Assembly (NCBI GenBank): GCA_944381085.1
Contig: CALWJX010000001.1
Location: 83,428 to 147,427 of the forward strand
DNA length: 64,000 bases
Direction of reading: 5' to 3'
DNA from: an uncultured Clostridia bacterium
Lineage (GTDB): Bacteria; Bacillota; Clostridia; Oscillospirales; CAG-272
Under the pieces are notes generated by a model. The model ran no database searches, was not told where the DNA came from, and worked only from the letters and a program-made list of their open reading frames with translations. This document shows, one piece after another, positions 39,827 to 49,398 of this stretch. Position 1 is the stretch's first letter. The number at the start of each line of letters is the position of its first letter. Made by a program: the position numbers and the translations under genes.

Positions 39827-40579
39827 ATGGGCTTCGGATTATTGTTTATCGGCTATGTGATTACGTATATTCTTCGGCTGGGGCTCGGAGATTACGCTTT
39901 TGCATCAATGCTTATCGGTTGCTTTTTAATGTATCTGGGACTTTCGGAGCTGCGCAAATACGGACCGGCATTTATTTACGCGCTGATTGCGGATATTTTG
40001 CTGATTTTATGTTCTTTTTTTGAATGTCTTGAGGGGATTGACATGATATTATCCCTTGACATTGAGGTGTACGGCGCTTTTGTATCGGAAGTCTTTATGT
40101 GGATAGGCATAGCGCTTGATCTTGTTTTCAATATAGTTTTGCTGTACGGCATAGCTGACATGGCAAGAAGGGTGGATTTTCCCCAGATTAAAGGCAAAGC
40201 GTACCGAAATATGGTGTTTGTCGGAGCCTTTAATATATTTCAGATCGTCTTGCTTTTGCCTATTGAGTCTATGAGTGAGGATAAGTCCTTTCTTATGACT
40301 TTGCTTGTGGTTTTTTCACTGTTTTATACCTTGATGAACGCCGCGCTTGTTTTCAGGTGCTATGCGTTGATATGTCCGCAGGGCGATGAAGAAATGAAGC
40401 GTAAGCCGTCGAGATTTGAATTTATCAACCGGATGAATGAAAAGGCCGACGAGAGGGAACAAAGGGCTGCCGAATCCACCATAAAATATCTGGAGGAAAA
40501 GGCAAGAAAGAAGAAGGAAGAGCGGGAGAAGAGGTATAAATCCAATCATGTAAGATATCACTCAAAGAAGAAAAAATAA
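39827..40579 (+). CDS. Hypothetical polytopic membrane protein with K/E-rich tail
   Basis: 250 aa with about 6 hydrophobic segments. Starts 1 nt after the secA stop. Confidence 0.6.
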   Translation: MGFGLLFIGYVITYILRLGLGDYAFASMLIGCFLMYLGLSELRKYGPAFIYALIADILLILCSFFECLEGIDMILSLDIEVYGAFVSEVFMWIGIALDLVFNIVLLYGIADMARRVDFPQIKGKAYRNMVFVGAFNIFQIVLLLPIESMSEDKSFLMTLLVVFSLFYTLMNAALVFRCYALICPQGDEEMKRKPSRFEFINRMNEKADEREQRAAESTIKYLEEKARKKKEEREKRYKSNHVRYHSKKKK

Positions 40580-40601
40580 ATTAATGTAAAGGGGGATTTT
40601 T

Positions 40602-42077
40602 ATGAAAAATAAAATCAGAAAAAATATGGGTCTGTCTCTTTTGCCTTTGTCGTTTATTTTTCTTTTTAATCCCGATTTGGCAATATTTGATTTTTTGCCG
40701 GATTTTATCGGATATCTTATTTTATTTGTATCGCTTACGAATATATCGGATATGAACTATCATATAGCCGACGCCCGAAATGCCTTTAAGAAGGGAATAC
40801 TTTTCAGCATCTTAAAAGTTCTGTCTATTGTGGTGACGTATGCGCTTTTCGGTCCTGAGGACCAGCCCATTATGCTTTTGCTGTTTACATTTGTATTTAC
40901 CGTTCTTGACTTTATTTATATAATTTACGCGTTTAAAAAGCTTTTTGAAGGTTTGCTGTATGCGGGACAATTGTCGCAGTCTGACTGCGTGTATAAGAAA
41001 AGTCTCGGATTGAGCAGGGAAGAAAGGTATGAACGGCAAATACAAAAGCTTGACGGGGTAAACGGAAAAAAAGCGGATAAACTGAGACGAAAACTTGAAC
41101 GGGAAAAGGTTAAGTCAAGTACGTCGGGCAAGAATATCACCGTAAAGGCGGCTTCTGTCAGCGTCAGGTTTATTCTCATAAAAGATCTTGCCGCGCTTCT
41201 GCCCGAATTTACCGTTCTGATCAACAATTCGGAATATGAGTTTGTCGGGCTTCTCAGGATGATCGGAGTGGGAATCTCCCTGTTGTCCGGGGCAGACTGG
41301 CTTATATATATGTTCCGTTATTTTTCCGTGCTGAGAAAGGACAGGCTGTTTATAAGCGAGCTTGAAAAGAAGTACCGGGACGAAGTGGCGCCGAATACGG
41401 ATATGTTTATAAAAAGGAATTTTCATACCGCCATCGTTCTGATAACCGCAGGCTTTGTGCTTTCTGTGGATCTTTATTCGGAATATATAAATTATCTGCC
41501 GGATTTTCTTGCGTCTTTGATGATGATTGTCGGGATACTGTGTCTTAAAAACTATTCGTCAGGATGGAGAGCGGCGCTTGTATGGTCGGTATCGTCAACG
41601 GTCATGTCCGCCGCCGCGTACGGAGTGTCGCTGTATTTTTATACGGAATATTTTCCGAGCACGATAAATGTGAGTTATGACGCTTATGTGCTTTATTATA
41701 TCATGTTGACTTTGTACGTATTAAGCGCCGCGGTTTTTGTAATTATGATATTTTTCATCCTGAGACTGTTGCTCGACATTGCAAAAAAACACACGGGACG
41801 TATACTGATATCAGAGGACGAAGACCGCACGGGTATAAACGGGGAAATATACCTGGGTATAAAGAAAAGAGCCGTTGCTTGTTTTGTATTGTCCGTAATA
41901 GCCGAGGCGGGAATGTTGTTTTACATTTGGTCACAGCCTTTTTCGGTTGACCTGTGGTTTATGGAGGCGGCATCCGTCATATCTGTGGTTTTAAGTATGG
42001 TATTCGCGGCGTTTTCGGTATTTTCTCTTATGGGAAGCTTGCAGAGTCGGATAAACGACAGATACAGTCTTTCGTAA
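40602..42077 (+). CDS. Hypothetical polytopic membrane protein (internally duplicated, related to the preceding gene)
   Basis: 491 aa. Motif FLPDFIGYLILFVSL recurs as YLPDFLASLMMIVGIL. A coiled K/E/R-rich loop lies between the halves. Confidence 0.6.
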   Translation: MKNKIRKNMGLSLLPLSFIFLFNPDLAIFDFLPDFIGYLILFVSLTNISDMNYHIADARNAFKKGILFSILKVLSIVVTYALFGPEDQPIMLLLFTFVFTVLDFIYIIYAFKKLFEGLLYAGQLSQSDCVYKKSLGLSREERYERQIQKLDGVNGKKADKLRRKLEREKVKSSTSGKNITVKAASVSVRFILIKDLAALLPEFTVLINNSEYEFVGLLRMIGVGISLLSGADWLIYMFRYFSVLRKDRLFISELEKKYRDEVAPNTDMFIKRNFHTAIVLITAGFVLSVDLYSEYINYLPDFLASLMMIVGILCLKNYSSGWRAALVWSVSSTVMSAAAYGVSLYFYTEYFPSTINVSYDAYVLYYIMLTLYVLSAAVFVIMIFFILRLLLDIAKKHTGRILISEDEDRTGINGEIYLGIKKRAVACFVLSVIAEAGMLFYIWSQPFSVDLWFMEAASVISVVLSMVFAAFSVFSLMGSLQSRINDRYSLS

Positions 42078-42171
42078 GACACGTTATTTAAATTATATTT
42101 ATTGAATAAAGTATAAACATTGTGAGCATAATTAATCATGTAATTTAAAATTACAAAAGGAGTTTTCAATT

Positions 42172-42342
42172 ATGCAAAACAATCAGAACAATCAGAACAA
42201 TCAGAATCGTAATCAGAACCAGAATCAGAACCAGAACAAAAATCAGAATCAAAATCAGAACAACCGCGCTCAGAATAATCAGAACAAAAATTCCCGTGGC
42301 AAAGACGAGCAGGATAACGAAACTGACAGAGAGCAGTACTGA
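42172..42342 (+). CDS. 56-aa Asn/Gln-repeat protein (MQNNQNNQNNQNRNQNQNQNQNKNQNQNQNNRAQNNQNKNSRGKDEQDNETDREQY)
   Basis: ATG lies 8 nt after AAAGGAG. In-frame AATCAGAAC-type repeats, TGA at 42340-42342, hairpin downstream. Below the ORF-track size cut-off. Confidence 0.55.
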   Translation: MQNNQNNQNNQNRNQNQNQNQNKNQNQNQNNRAQNNQNKNSRGKDEQDNETDREQY

Positions 42343-42366
42343 TTCGCATAAAACAAAACAAACCGG

Positions 42367-42391
42367 AAGCCTCCGATTTTTCGGGGGCTTC
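42367..42391 (+). terminator. Hairpin after the N/Q-rich ORF
   Basis: GAAGCCTCCG / CGGGGGCTTC with a TTTTT loop. No clear downstream T tract. Confidence 0.4.
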
Positions 42392-42586
42392 TCGGCGAGA
42401 AAGGACACGTGGCGTGAAAGTTTTACTTTTCGGCATTGACGTAAATATGATTTCACGTGTAAATTTTCTGAAAGGTCATTTTATTTTGCAAAGTAAAATT
42501 TTTCGTTGTGAAAAATTGGTTTACTCTGTAAAACCTAAATTTTTTATATTCTATTTGCGCCGCCTGAGGCGGCATAGGAGATTTAT

Positions 42587-45025
42587 ATGAATAATATCGG
42601 AGAACAATATCTCGGATTGAAAAGAAAACTTTTTGACAAATGCTATTCGTCGCTAAACGGCAAACAAAGAGAAGCGGTCTTTACGGTAAATAATCCGTTG
42701 CTGATACTTGCGGGTGCGGGCAGTGGAAAAACCACCGTTCTTGTTAAACGGATAGTTTACATAATAAAATACGGGGACGCTTATTACACCGATTACGTAC
42801 CCGAATTTGTTGACGAAAATTACATCGCGGATATGCAAAAAGCTCTGGACTCCGACAACGCGGAGGAAGCGGAGCAAATGCTGCCGGATTTTGCGTACAA
42901 TCCCTGTCCTCCCTACAGAATACTCGCGATTACGTTTACAAACAAAGCCGCTAACGAAATAAAGGAGAGACTTGTCTCGTCATTTGATGACGAAAGCATC
43001 GCCAAGGATATCTGGGCGGGGACGTTTCATTCGGTCTGCATGAGGATACTCAGGGTAAACTGTGAAAAAATAGGATATAAAAAAGAATTTACCATATATG
43101 ATACCGACGACGTAAAAAAAGCGGTAAGCTCGGCTATGAAAAAAGCCGGAGTGGATGAGAAGCAGTTTCCGATAAAAAGCGTGATGAGCGCGATAAGCAG
43201 AGCCAAGGACAAGCTGCTTACACCTGAAAAGTATTCCGCAGAGGCGGCAAGCGATTTCAGAATGTCGAAAATCGCGCGGATATATGAAGAATATCAAAAG
43301 CAGATGGAAGCGTCAAACGTCATGGATTTTGACGATATAATAATGAAGACAGTGTTTCTTCTGAGAGAAAATCCCGATGTGCTTGAGTATTATCAGAAAA
43401 AATTCAGATATGTGTGCGTGGATGAGTACCAGGATACTAACGAGGCGCAGTTTGTACTCACCTCACTGCTTGCGGGGGGCTTCAGAAATCTGATGGTAGT
43501 GGGCGACGACGACCAGTCTATATACAGATTCAGAGGAGCTACCATAGGAAATATTCTGAGCTTTGATACTACATACAGCGACGCCAAAGTTATAAAGCTT
43601 GAACAGAACTACCGTTCCACCGCCACGATACTTGACGCCGCCAACGCCGTAATTTCCAACAATAAGGGAAGAAAGGGGAAAAATCTCTGGACGGACGGGG
43701 CAAAGGGAGAGCAGATCATATTGCGATGTCTTGAGGACCAGAACGCCGAGGCGAGGGCAATTGTCGATACCGTTTACAGGGCTGTCTCCAAAGGCGGGAA
43801 AAAATACAGGGATTTCGCGGTGCTGTACAGAACAAACGCGCAGTCGAGCGGAATCGAGAGGGCGTTTGCCAAGAGCGCGATACCTTACCGTATGCTTGGC
43901 GGCGTGAGATTCGCGGACAGAAAGGAAATCAGAGACGCCGTGGCATATCTTCAGCTTGTGGCGAATCACGCGGACAGGGAGAGAATGCTCAGAATAATAA
44001 ATGAGCCGAGGCGCAAGATAGGCGAACGCACTATAGACGCAATAGAACAGATTGCCGCCGAAAACGACTGCACCATGTTTGAGGTTCTGGAGAATGCGGG
44101 CAGATACACGGCGCTTTCAAGAAACGCCTCTACTCTTGAGTCATTTGCCTGCCTTATCAATAAGCTTACAGAAATATCGCAGACCGAATCTTTGCCGGAT
44201 TTGTTTGACAGTGTTCTGGAGCTCAGCGGTTACCGTCGTATGCTGCAAGAGGCGGGAGAAGAGGAAAAGGACAGGCTTGACAATCTTGACGAGTTCAAAT
44301 CAAGTATAATCGAATATGTAAATAACACCGAAGAGCCTTCGCTTATGGGATTTCTTGAGGAAAACGCGCTTGTCGCCGACGTAGACAGATATGACGAGAG
44401 CGCCGACGCGGTAGTGCTTATGACTATACACAGCGCGAAGGGCCTTGAGTTTCCGATAGTATTTCTTCCCGGTATGGAAGACGGGATTTTTCCCGGTATA
44501 CAGACGATAACCGGAACAGAGGAGGATATGGAGGAGGAAAGAAGACTTGCGTATGTGGCGCTGACACGCGCGAAAGAGCAGATATACATATTGCACGCGA
44601 AAACCAGACTTTTGTACGGTCAGACTCAGTATAACCCTCTTTCCAGATTTGTAAACGAGATTCCGGATGAATATGTTAACGAGGTCAGCGAATCCGCAAT
44701 GTCGGGGGCGGGGAACGGAGGAACGCCCAAGGTGTATTTTAAGGATACGGGATATTCCTCCGAAGCGTCGGGCGGAGGCGCGACGGTCAAAAAAAGACAA
44801 AGCGTGAGATTTGAGGAGAAGGTCACTGTAGGAAAGCCTTTGTTTACGAAGGATAACCGGTCGGAAAAGCTTGCTCCCGGCGACAGAGTGATGCATATGA
44901 CCTTCGGAGAGGGCGAGATTTTGTCGGTAAAGCCCATGGGCGCGGATATACTTTACGAAGTTATGTTTGACCGGGTAGGGACCAAAAAACTGATGGGAAC
45001 CTACGCGAGACTGAAAAAAATATAA
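42587..45025 (+). CDS. pcrA: ATP-dependent DNA helicase PcrA/UvrD family
   Basis: AGAGSGKTTVL, VDEYQDTN and TIHSAKGLEF motifs, 812 aa. Confidence 0.95.
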   Translation: MNNIGEQYLGLKRKLFDKCYSSLNGKQREAVFTVNNPLLILAGAGSGKTTVLVKRIVYIIKYGDAYYTDYVPEFVDENYIADMQKALDSDNAEEAEQMLPDFAYNPCPPYRILAITFTNKAANEIKERLVSSFDDESIAKDIWAGTFHSVCMRILRVNCEKIGYKKEFTIYDTDDVKKAVSSAMKKAGVDEKQFPIKSVMSAISRAKDKLLTPEKYSAEAASDFRMSKIARIYEEYQKQMEASNVMDFDDIIMKTVFLLRENPDVLEYYQKKFRYVCVDEYQDTNEAQFVLTSLLAGGFRNLMVVGDDDQSIYRFRGATIGNILSFDTTYSDAKVIKLEQNYRSTATILDAANAVISNNKGRKGKNLWTDGAKGEQIILRCLEDQNAEARAIVDTVYRAVSKGGKKYRDFAVLYRTNAQSSGIERAFAKSAIPYRMLGGVRFADRKEIRDAVAYLQLVANHADRERMLRIINEPRRKIGERTIDAIEQIAAENDCTMFEVLENAGRYTALSRNASTLESFACLINKLTEISQTESLPDLFDSVLELSGYRRMLQEAGEEEKDRLDNLDEFKSSIIEYVNNTEEPSLMGFLEENALVADVDRYDESADAVVLMTIHSAKGLEFPIVFLPGMEDGIFPGIQTITGTEEDMEEERRLAYVALTRAKEQIYILHAKTRLLYGQTQYNPLSRFVNEIPDEYVNEVSESAMSGAGNGGTPKVYFKDTGYSSEASGGGATVKKRQSVRFEEKVTVGKPLFTKDNRSEKLAPGDRVMHMTFGEGEILSVKPMGADILYEVMFDRVGTKKLMGTYARLKKI

Positions 45026-45067
45026 TATTTATGTTTTGTCTGAATTTTCAAAGTATGATAAAATTTA

Positions 45068-45096
45068 GGCGGCGACTGTATGCGGTCGCCGCTTTT
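45068..45096. terminator. Terminator between convergent genes
   Basis: GGCGGCGAC tgtatgc GGTCGCCGC followed by TTTT. Confidence 0.75.
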
Positions 45097-45127
45097 CGTG
45101 TTATCATAATAAAATATTTACGTTAAT

Positions 45128-46129
45128 CTAAAACACGGTCTCAATCTTTTTCCCTGAATATTCCGGAGAATATTGCCATGAGTCGATGTGTGTGACGTTT
45201 TCACAGTCGATAAAATATTTCAGCTTTGACTGAGCGTGTTCGCCTTTATATGAATCTATAAGCACAAGCTTGATTTTCATTCGTTCGGGTATAATGCTTT
45301 TTATGTAAACCGCCGCGAAACGCCCGATAAGATTTTCGTCACAGAAAGCCGATTTTTTGCCCGATGAGGAGGTCAGGGGTGATTGATCGGAAAGTCTGAA
45401 GTCATCTCTCAGCTCCGCGAGTCCCGCAAGGTTGGGCATAAGCTCGACGAAAACCCCGTAGCTTTCGATACTGCGGATAATTCCCGCGACCGTTTGTCCG
45501 GGAGAATACAGGTTCGCGTTTTCTTCCCATGTGCCGAGCAGTTCTCTCATGCTTACAAAAATTCTGCCGTTGCTTTCGTCAATGTTTTTAACTACGGTAT
45601 ACAGCTGCATACCGCAGAACAGCCTGTCTTTGGGATGAGATATGCGGGAAACCGAAATGCAGTCAACCGTGAGAAGCGAAACTATTCCGCATCCGATGTC
45701 AACAAAAGCCCCGAAATTTTCAAGATGCGTTACCTTTGCCTGTATTATGTCGCCGGGAATCAGGTCGGAAATATAATTGCGCAGACACTCTATCTGGGCT
45801 TCACGTCTTGAAAGCAGAGCAACCGTTTTGCCGTCCTGTTCGGCAATTCCCATGACCTTGAAGCAAACAGGCTTGCCTACCCTTGTAATAATAGCTATGT
45901 CCTTTATGTCCTCGCCGTTTTTACTGTATACGACCTCGCTTCTCGGTATTATTCCCGTAATGCCGTGCAGATCGACATGCAGATTCATATCGCTGTCGCA
46001 TAAAACAACCGTTCCCTCAAGTATCGCCCCCATTGCCATGGCTTTTTCCAATCCTGCTCTGTTTGACGTTAATTCTCGGTTTTGTATGTTTGACGAAAGC
46101 ATTCCCTCGGGCTTGTAAACATTTATCAC
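45128..46129 (-). CDS. S1 RNA-binding-domain protein (multi-S1)
   Basis: Repeated G.i..g.V....fGaFV.l units (GDIIQAKVTHLENFGAFVDIG, GQTVAGIIRSIESYGVFVEL). Confidence 0.75.
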   Translation of the reverse strand: MINVYKPEGMLSSNIQNRELTSNRAGLEKAMAMGAILEGTVVLCDSDMNLHVDLHGITGIIPRSEVVYSKNGEDIKDIAIITRVGKPVCFKVMGIAEQDGKTVALLSRREAQIECLRNYISDLIPGDIIQAKVTHLENFGAFVDIGCGIVSLLTVDCISVSRISHPKDRLFCGMQLYTVVKNIDESNGRIFVSMRELLGTWEENANLYSPGQTVAGIIRSIESYGVFVELMPNLAGLAELRDDFRLSDQSPLTSSSGKKSAFCDENLIGRFAAVYIKSIIPERMKIKLVLIDSYKGEHAQSKLKYFIDCENVTHIDSWQYSPEYSGKKIETVF

Positions 46130-46353
46130 TGTATTCTACCTCCTTAGTTTTGGGTGAATTGATGTATCTGTAACAAGTCTATTCGGAGAGATTCAAAAAA
46201 ATACCATAAAAAATTTTTTGTTTTCGGAAAATTATAAGATGAAGTATATACAAAAAGATGTTCGATTAATAAATATATTTATGATGAATTTGTATCTTGT
46301 TGGTATATGATGCCAAAAAATATAGCATTTTATACAAATATGAATTATTGCTA

Positions 46354-46382
46354 TTGACATACTGATATGAACGTGATATAAT
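46354..46382 (+). promoter_or_regulatory. Consensus sigma-A promoter for the paralog/ABC cluster
   Basis: TTGACA (46354-46359), 17 nt, extended -10 TGaTATAAT (TATAAT at 46377-46382). Leaves a leader of about 210 nt. Confidence 0.7.
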
Positions 46383-46599
46383 GCGGTTAAATAAAATATT
46401 TAAAAAAATAATATCAAAAAAATAAAAATATAAAAAAGGGGGTGATTGAGTGCTGTACTTTGATTTTTTGTCGGATAAAATTTCAGAAACGCCTTTTAAG
46501 CTACCTTTAATCTTGCTTTTTTAGTTCCCTTGAAAAGATTTTACCTGATGTGTCGTGATATCGCCAATTTAAATTTTTTAAAATGAAAGGAACGCGAAA

Positions 46600-47199
46600 A
46601 TGAATAACAAAAAATTTATTACAAAAATATTATTATGCGTAATTTCAATGGTTATGATATTATCAGCCACATTGATTCCGTCTTCGGCTGCTTCGTCAGG
46701 AGAATATGTAGGCGCGTATGGAAATCATAAAGTTTATCATACGGGTAGTTTTGTTGTTAGACATAACGGCGATGTACTGACTGATAAATATTATCATGTA
46801 AAGGGAGATACGACAAATATGTATTATAACAAAACCACAGTATATCCTGCTATGAATGTTGACGAACTGAACTGGCTTTTTGGAAATGCATTTCAGGATC
46901 ATATTTATGAGGCTATCGATATGGTTTTCGGCGACGCGAGCCTTTACAGAGAGGGACATACTTGGAGTGGAACGGTTGCTAAGCCCCAATATTGTGACAG
47001 TATAGAAAACACAGATCCAACAGGATATTATTTCTGTATAGCGGTTGACTATACATATACGTTTGATGTTGAAACACCAACTTATACCAAAGTGGGTCCT
47101 ATGACTTTCAGAAATAACAAGGATGTTGTTGCATATATCTGCTACAGTCAGAACACGACTGATTCAGGAAGTCTCTTTAAAGTTGCTGAACGTCAATAA
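46600..47199 (+). CDS. Secreted hypothetical protein
   Basis: Signal peptide ending SSAAS, 199 aa, no motif I recognise. Confidence 0.7.
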   Translation: MNNKKFITKILLCVISMVMILSATLIPSSAASSGEYVGAYGNHKVYHTGSFVVRHNGDVLTDKYYHVKGDTTNMYYNKTTVYPAMNVDELNWLFGNAFQDHIYEAIDMVFGDASLYREGHTWSGTVAKPQYCDSIENTDPTGYYFCIAVDYTYTFDVETPTYTKVGPMTFRNNKDVVAYICYSQNTTDSGSLFKVAERQ

Positions 47200-47256
47200 A
47201 TAAAAAACAAGAGGCTGCCGTTATCGGCAGCCTCGGAAAGAAGGCGGTATATATTT

Positions 47257-48288
47257 ATGAAAAAAAAGCCTTTAATTATATTAATAATATCAATAGTAGT
47301 AATATTAGTGACTGCTGCCATAGTAAGCGTTATAATAATTACGAACAGGAGTAAAGAGCCCGGTGAAGAAACAAATACCGGGACACAGCAAGGTGAACCT
47401 CAACCGATAACCGGATGCGGAGTGGTATCAGATGACGGCAAATATGTTTTCTCTTTTCCAAAGTATTCTTATGACAAACAATGGGTTTTGACAAGATCTA
47501 ATATGTATGTCGGATGTTTTAACTTTGTTTTTTCCAAGGAAGAGATAACGGATTATGAATTGATTGATGTGTACGGTCAGAATGTCGATATAATAGAGTT
47601 TGATTCGGGATTGTATACAGTAGATGGATACGAAAAACGTGGTGAATACGGGTATTTATATGATATGGCATTCTCTACATTTAATACTGAGGAGATGAAT
47701 CCGTATAAAAGATACCCGGAACTTATCGGTAAGGATATAATAATTGAGGGAATCATAATCAGAATTAACGGCAAGGAGTACAATTTAAAACGAGAGGTAG
47801 ACGCTGAGTTCAGAAATGTAATATTACAAGAAGGAGAACCTCAATCTCCAGTTATTGCTCATTTAAAATATGATCCTAGTGATATAAATAATGATGAAAA
47901 GAGATTTATTCTACACTCCAGTGTAGACCTTTTATTACATGATATTGGTGTATATGATTATTTTAATGTTAAAATGAAAGAGGTATATAAAACGGAATTA
48001 ATTACATTTGAAGATGGAAAACAGGAAGAAATAACAATATTTCTCGGTATGGCTGAAGATTTATTTCCGATGTATATAAAAGACGAGGAAGTATATGAAA
48101 TTAAATTTGAAGTAAGCTATAAGTACGATGATCCGGAAAAGCAGCCGATAAGAGCATGGGTTGATACTTACAGTGTATATGAATATGAGGGAAAGACTTT
48201 TAAAAGTTACGCCGGTACACTTTTTTATCATGATACATACGACCCCGAAATATTGGCGGACGATTTGCTCGGAGAAGATTACAGGTAA
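47257..48288 (+). CDS. Membrane-anchored paralog 1 (type A, 343 aa)
   Basis: N-terminal TM anchor, ITGCGVVSDDGKYVFSFPKYSYDKQ, EKRGEYGYLYDMAFSTFNTEEMNPY, C-terminal DPEILADDLLGEDYR. Confidence 0.8.
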   Translation: MKKKPLIILIISIVVILVTAAIVSVIIITNRSKEPGEETNTGTQQGEPQPITGCGVVSDDGKYVFSFPKYSYDKQWVLTRSNMYVGCFNFVFSKEEITDYELIDVYGQNVDIIEFDSGLYTVDGYEKRGEYGYLYDMAFSTFNTEEMNPYKRYPELIGKDIIIEGIIIRINGKEYNLKREVDAEFRNVILQEGEPQSPVIAHLKYDPSDINNDEKRFILHSSVDLLLHDIGVYDYFNVKMKEVYKTELITFEDGKQEEITIFLGMAEDLFPMYIKDEEVYEIKFEVSYKYDDPEKQPIRAWVDTYSVYEYEGKTFKSYAGTLFYHDTYDPEILADDLLGEDYR

Positions 48289-48334
48289 TTAAGACGCAAA
48301 ACAAACGGAATGAAAAAGAGGGGCAGTGGTGAAA

Positions 48335-49354
48335 ATGAAAAGAAAATATATAATTATATTGGTAATATCAATAGCGGTTATATTGGTGACTGCTGTCATA
48401 GTAAGCGTTATAATAATTACGAACAGGAGTAAAGAGCCCGGCGAGGAGACAGATACGCAAAAAGGAGAAGCTCAACAAATTACAGGTTGTGGAGTAGTAT
48501 CAGATGACGGTAAATTTGTATTCTCTTTTCCAAAATACTCATATGATAAACAATTAATTATAACAAATTCAAATATGTACATAGGATGTTTTAACTATGT
48601 TTTTTCAAAAGAAGAGATAACGGACTATGAATTGCTTGATGTATACGGTCAGAATGTCGATATGATAGAATTTGAATCGGGAGTATATCCGGTAGAGGGT
48701 TATGAAAAACGTGGGGAATATGGATATTTATATGATATGGCTTTTTCTACATTTAATACGGAGGAGATGAATCCGTATATACGATATCCGGAACTTGAGG
48801 GTAAGACCATAATAATAGAGGGTATAATTATACGAATCAACGGTAAGGAGTACAATATAGAACGACAAGTGGATGCTGAATATACACCATTGATATTAAA
48901 AGATGGAGAAATGCGTAGCCCATTTTCGGTATTAATTAATTATGATCCAGATGATAATAAATATAATAGGTCATATTTGCGTTTTAACGAGGAGATGGTT
49001 TTATACAATATCGGTATTTATGAATATTTTAATTTGGAAATAAAAGAAGTATATAAAACAGATTTAATTATGAATGATAATGGAATGCAAAGTGATGTTA
49101 CAGTATACCTTGGAAAGGCTGAAGATGTATTACCATTGAAAGTTAAAGCGGGAGAAACATATGAAATAACATATGAAATAACATATAAGTATGATGACCC
49201 TGCAAAACAACCTATAAGAGCATGGGTCGATACATACAGTGTGTTTGAATATAACGGAAAAGTTTATAAGGGTTATGCGGGAGTAATGTGTTATCATGAT
49301 ACATACGACCCCGAAATATTAGCTGACGATATACTGGGAGAAGATTACAGGTAA
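48335..49354 (+). CDS. Membrane-anchored paralog 2 (type B, 339 aa from ATG 48335)
   Basis: Same architecture. GAGGGG RBS lies 11 nt before the ATG. The track GTG at 48326 is too close to the RBS. Confidence 0.8.
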   Translation: MKRKYIIILVISIAVILVTAVIVSVIIITNRSKEPGEETDTQKGEAQQITGCGVVSDDGKFVFSFPKYSYDKQLIITNSNMYIGCFNYVFSKEEITDYELLDVYGQNVDMIEFESGVYPVEGYEKRGEYGYLYDMAFSTFNTEEMNPYIRYPELEGKTIIIEGIIIRINGKEYNIERQVDAEYTPLILKDGEMRSPFSVLINYDPDDNKYNRSYLRFNEEMVLYNIGIYEYFNLEIKEVYKTDLIMNDNGMQSDVTVYLGKAEDVLPLKVKAGETYEITYEITYKYDDPAKQPIRAWVDTYSVFEYNGKVYKGYAGVMCYHDTYDPEILADDILGEDYR

Positions 49355-49398
49355 ATAAGACGCAACAAACGGAATGAAAAAGAGGGGCAGTGGTGAAA

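Noticed and set aside
42166-42456. Two long minus-strand ORFs (96 and 88 aa) over the AATCAGAAC repeat
   Set aside because: They are open only because the repeat lacks stops in several frames. They have no RBS and give Ile/Leu/Val or Ser/Asp repeats. The plus strand has a proper RBS, start, stop and downstream hairpin.
46450-46524. 24-codon GTG ORF (MLYFDFLSDKISETPFKLPLILLF) in the leader of the paralog cluster, preceded by AAGGGGGTGA
   Set aside because: It is attractive as a leader peptide, but it is very short, uses a GTG start and sits in AT-rich sequence where such ORFs arise by chance. I kept it only as something to check with Ribo-seq.
47211-47234. Perfect 10-bp hairpin GAGGCTGCCG ttat CGGCAGCCTC after the 199-aa secreted-protein gene
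   Set aside because: It has no downstream T tract, so I did not call it a terminator. It could be a partial attenuator or an RNA-stability element separating the first gene from the paralogs.
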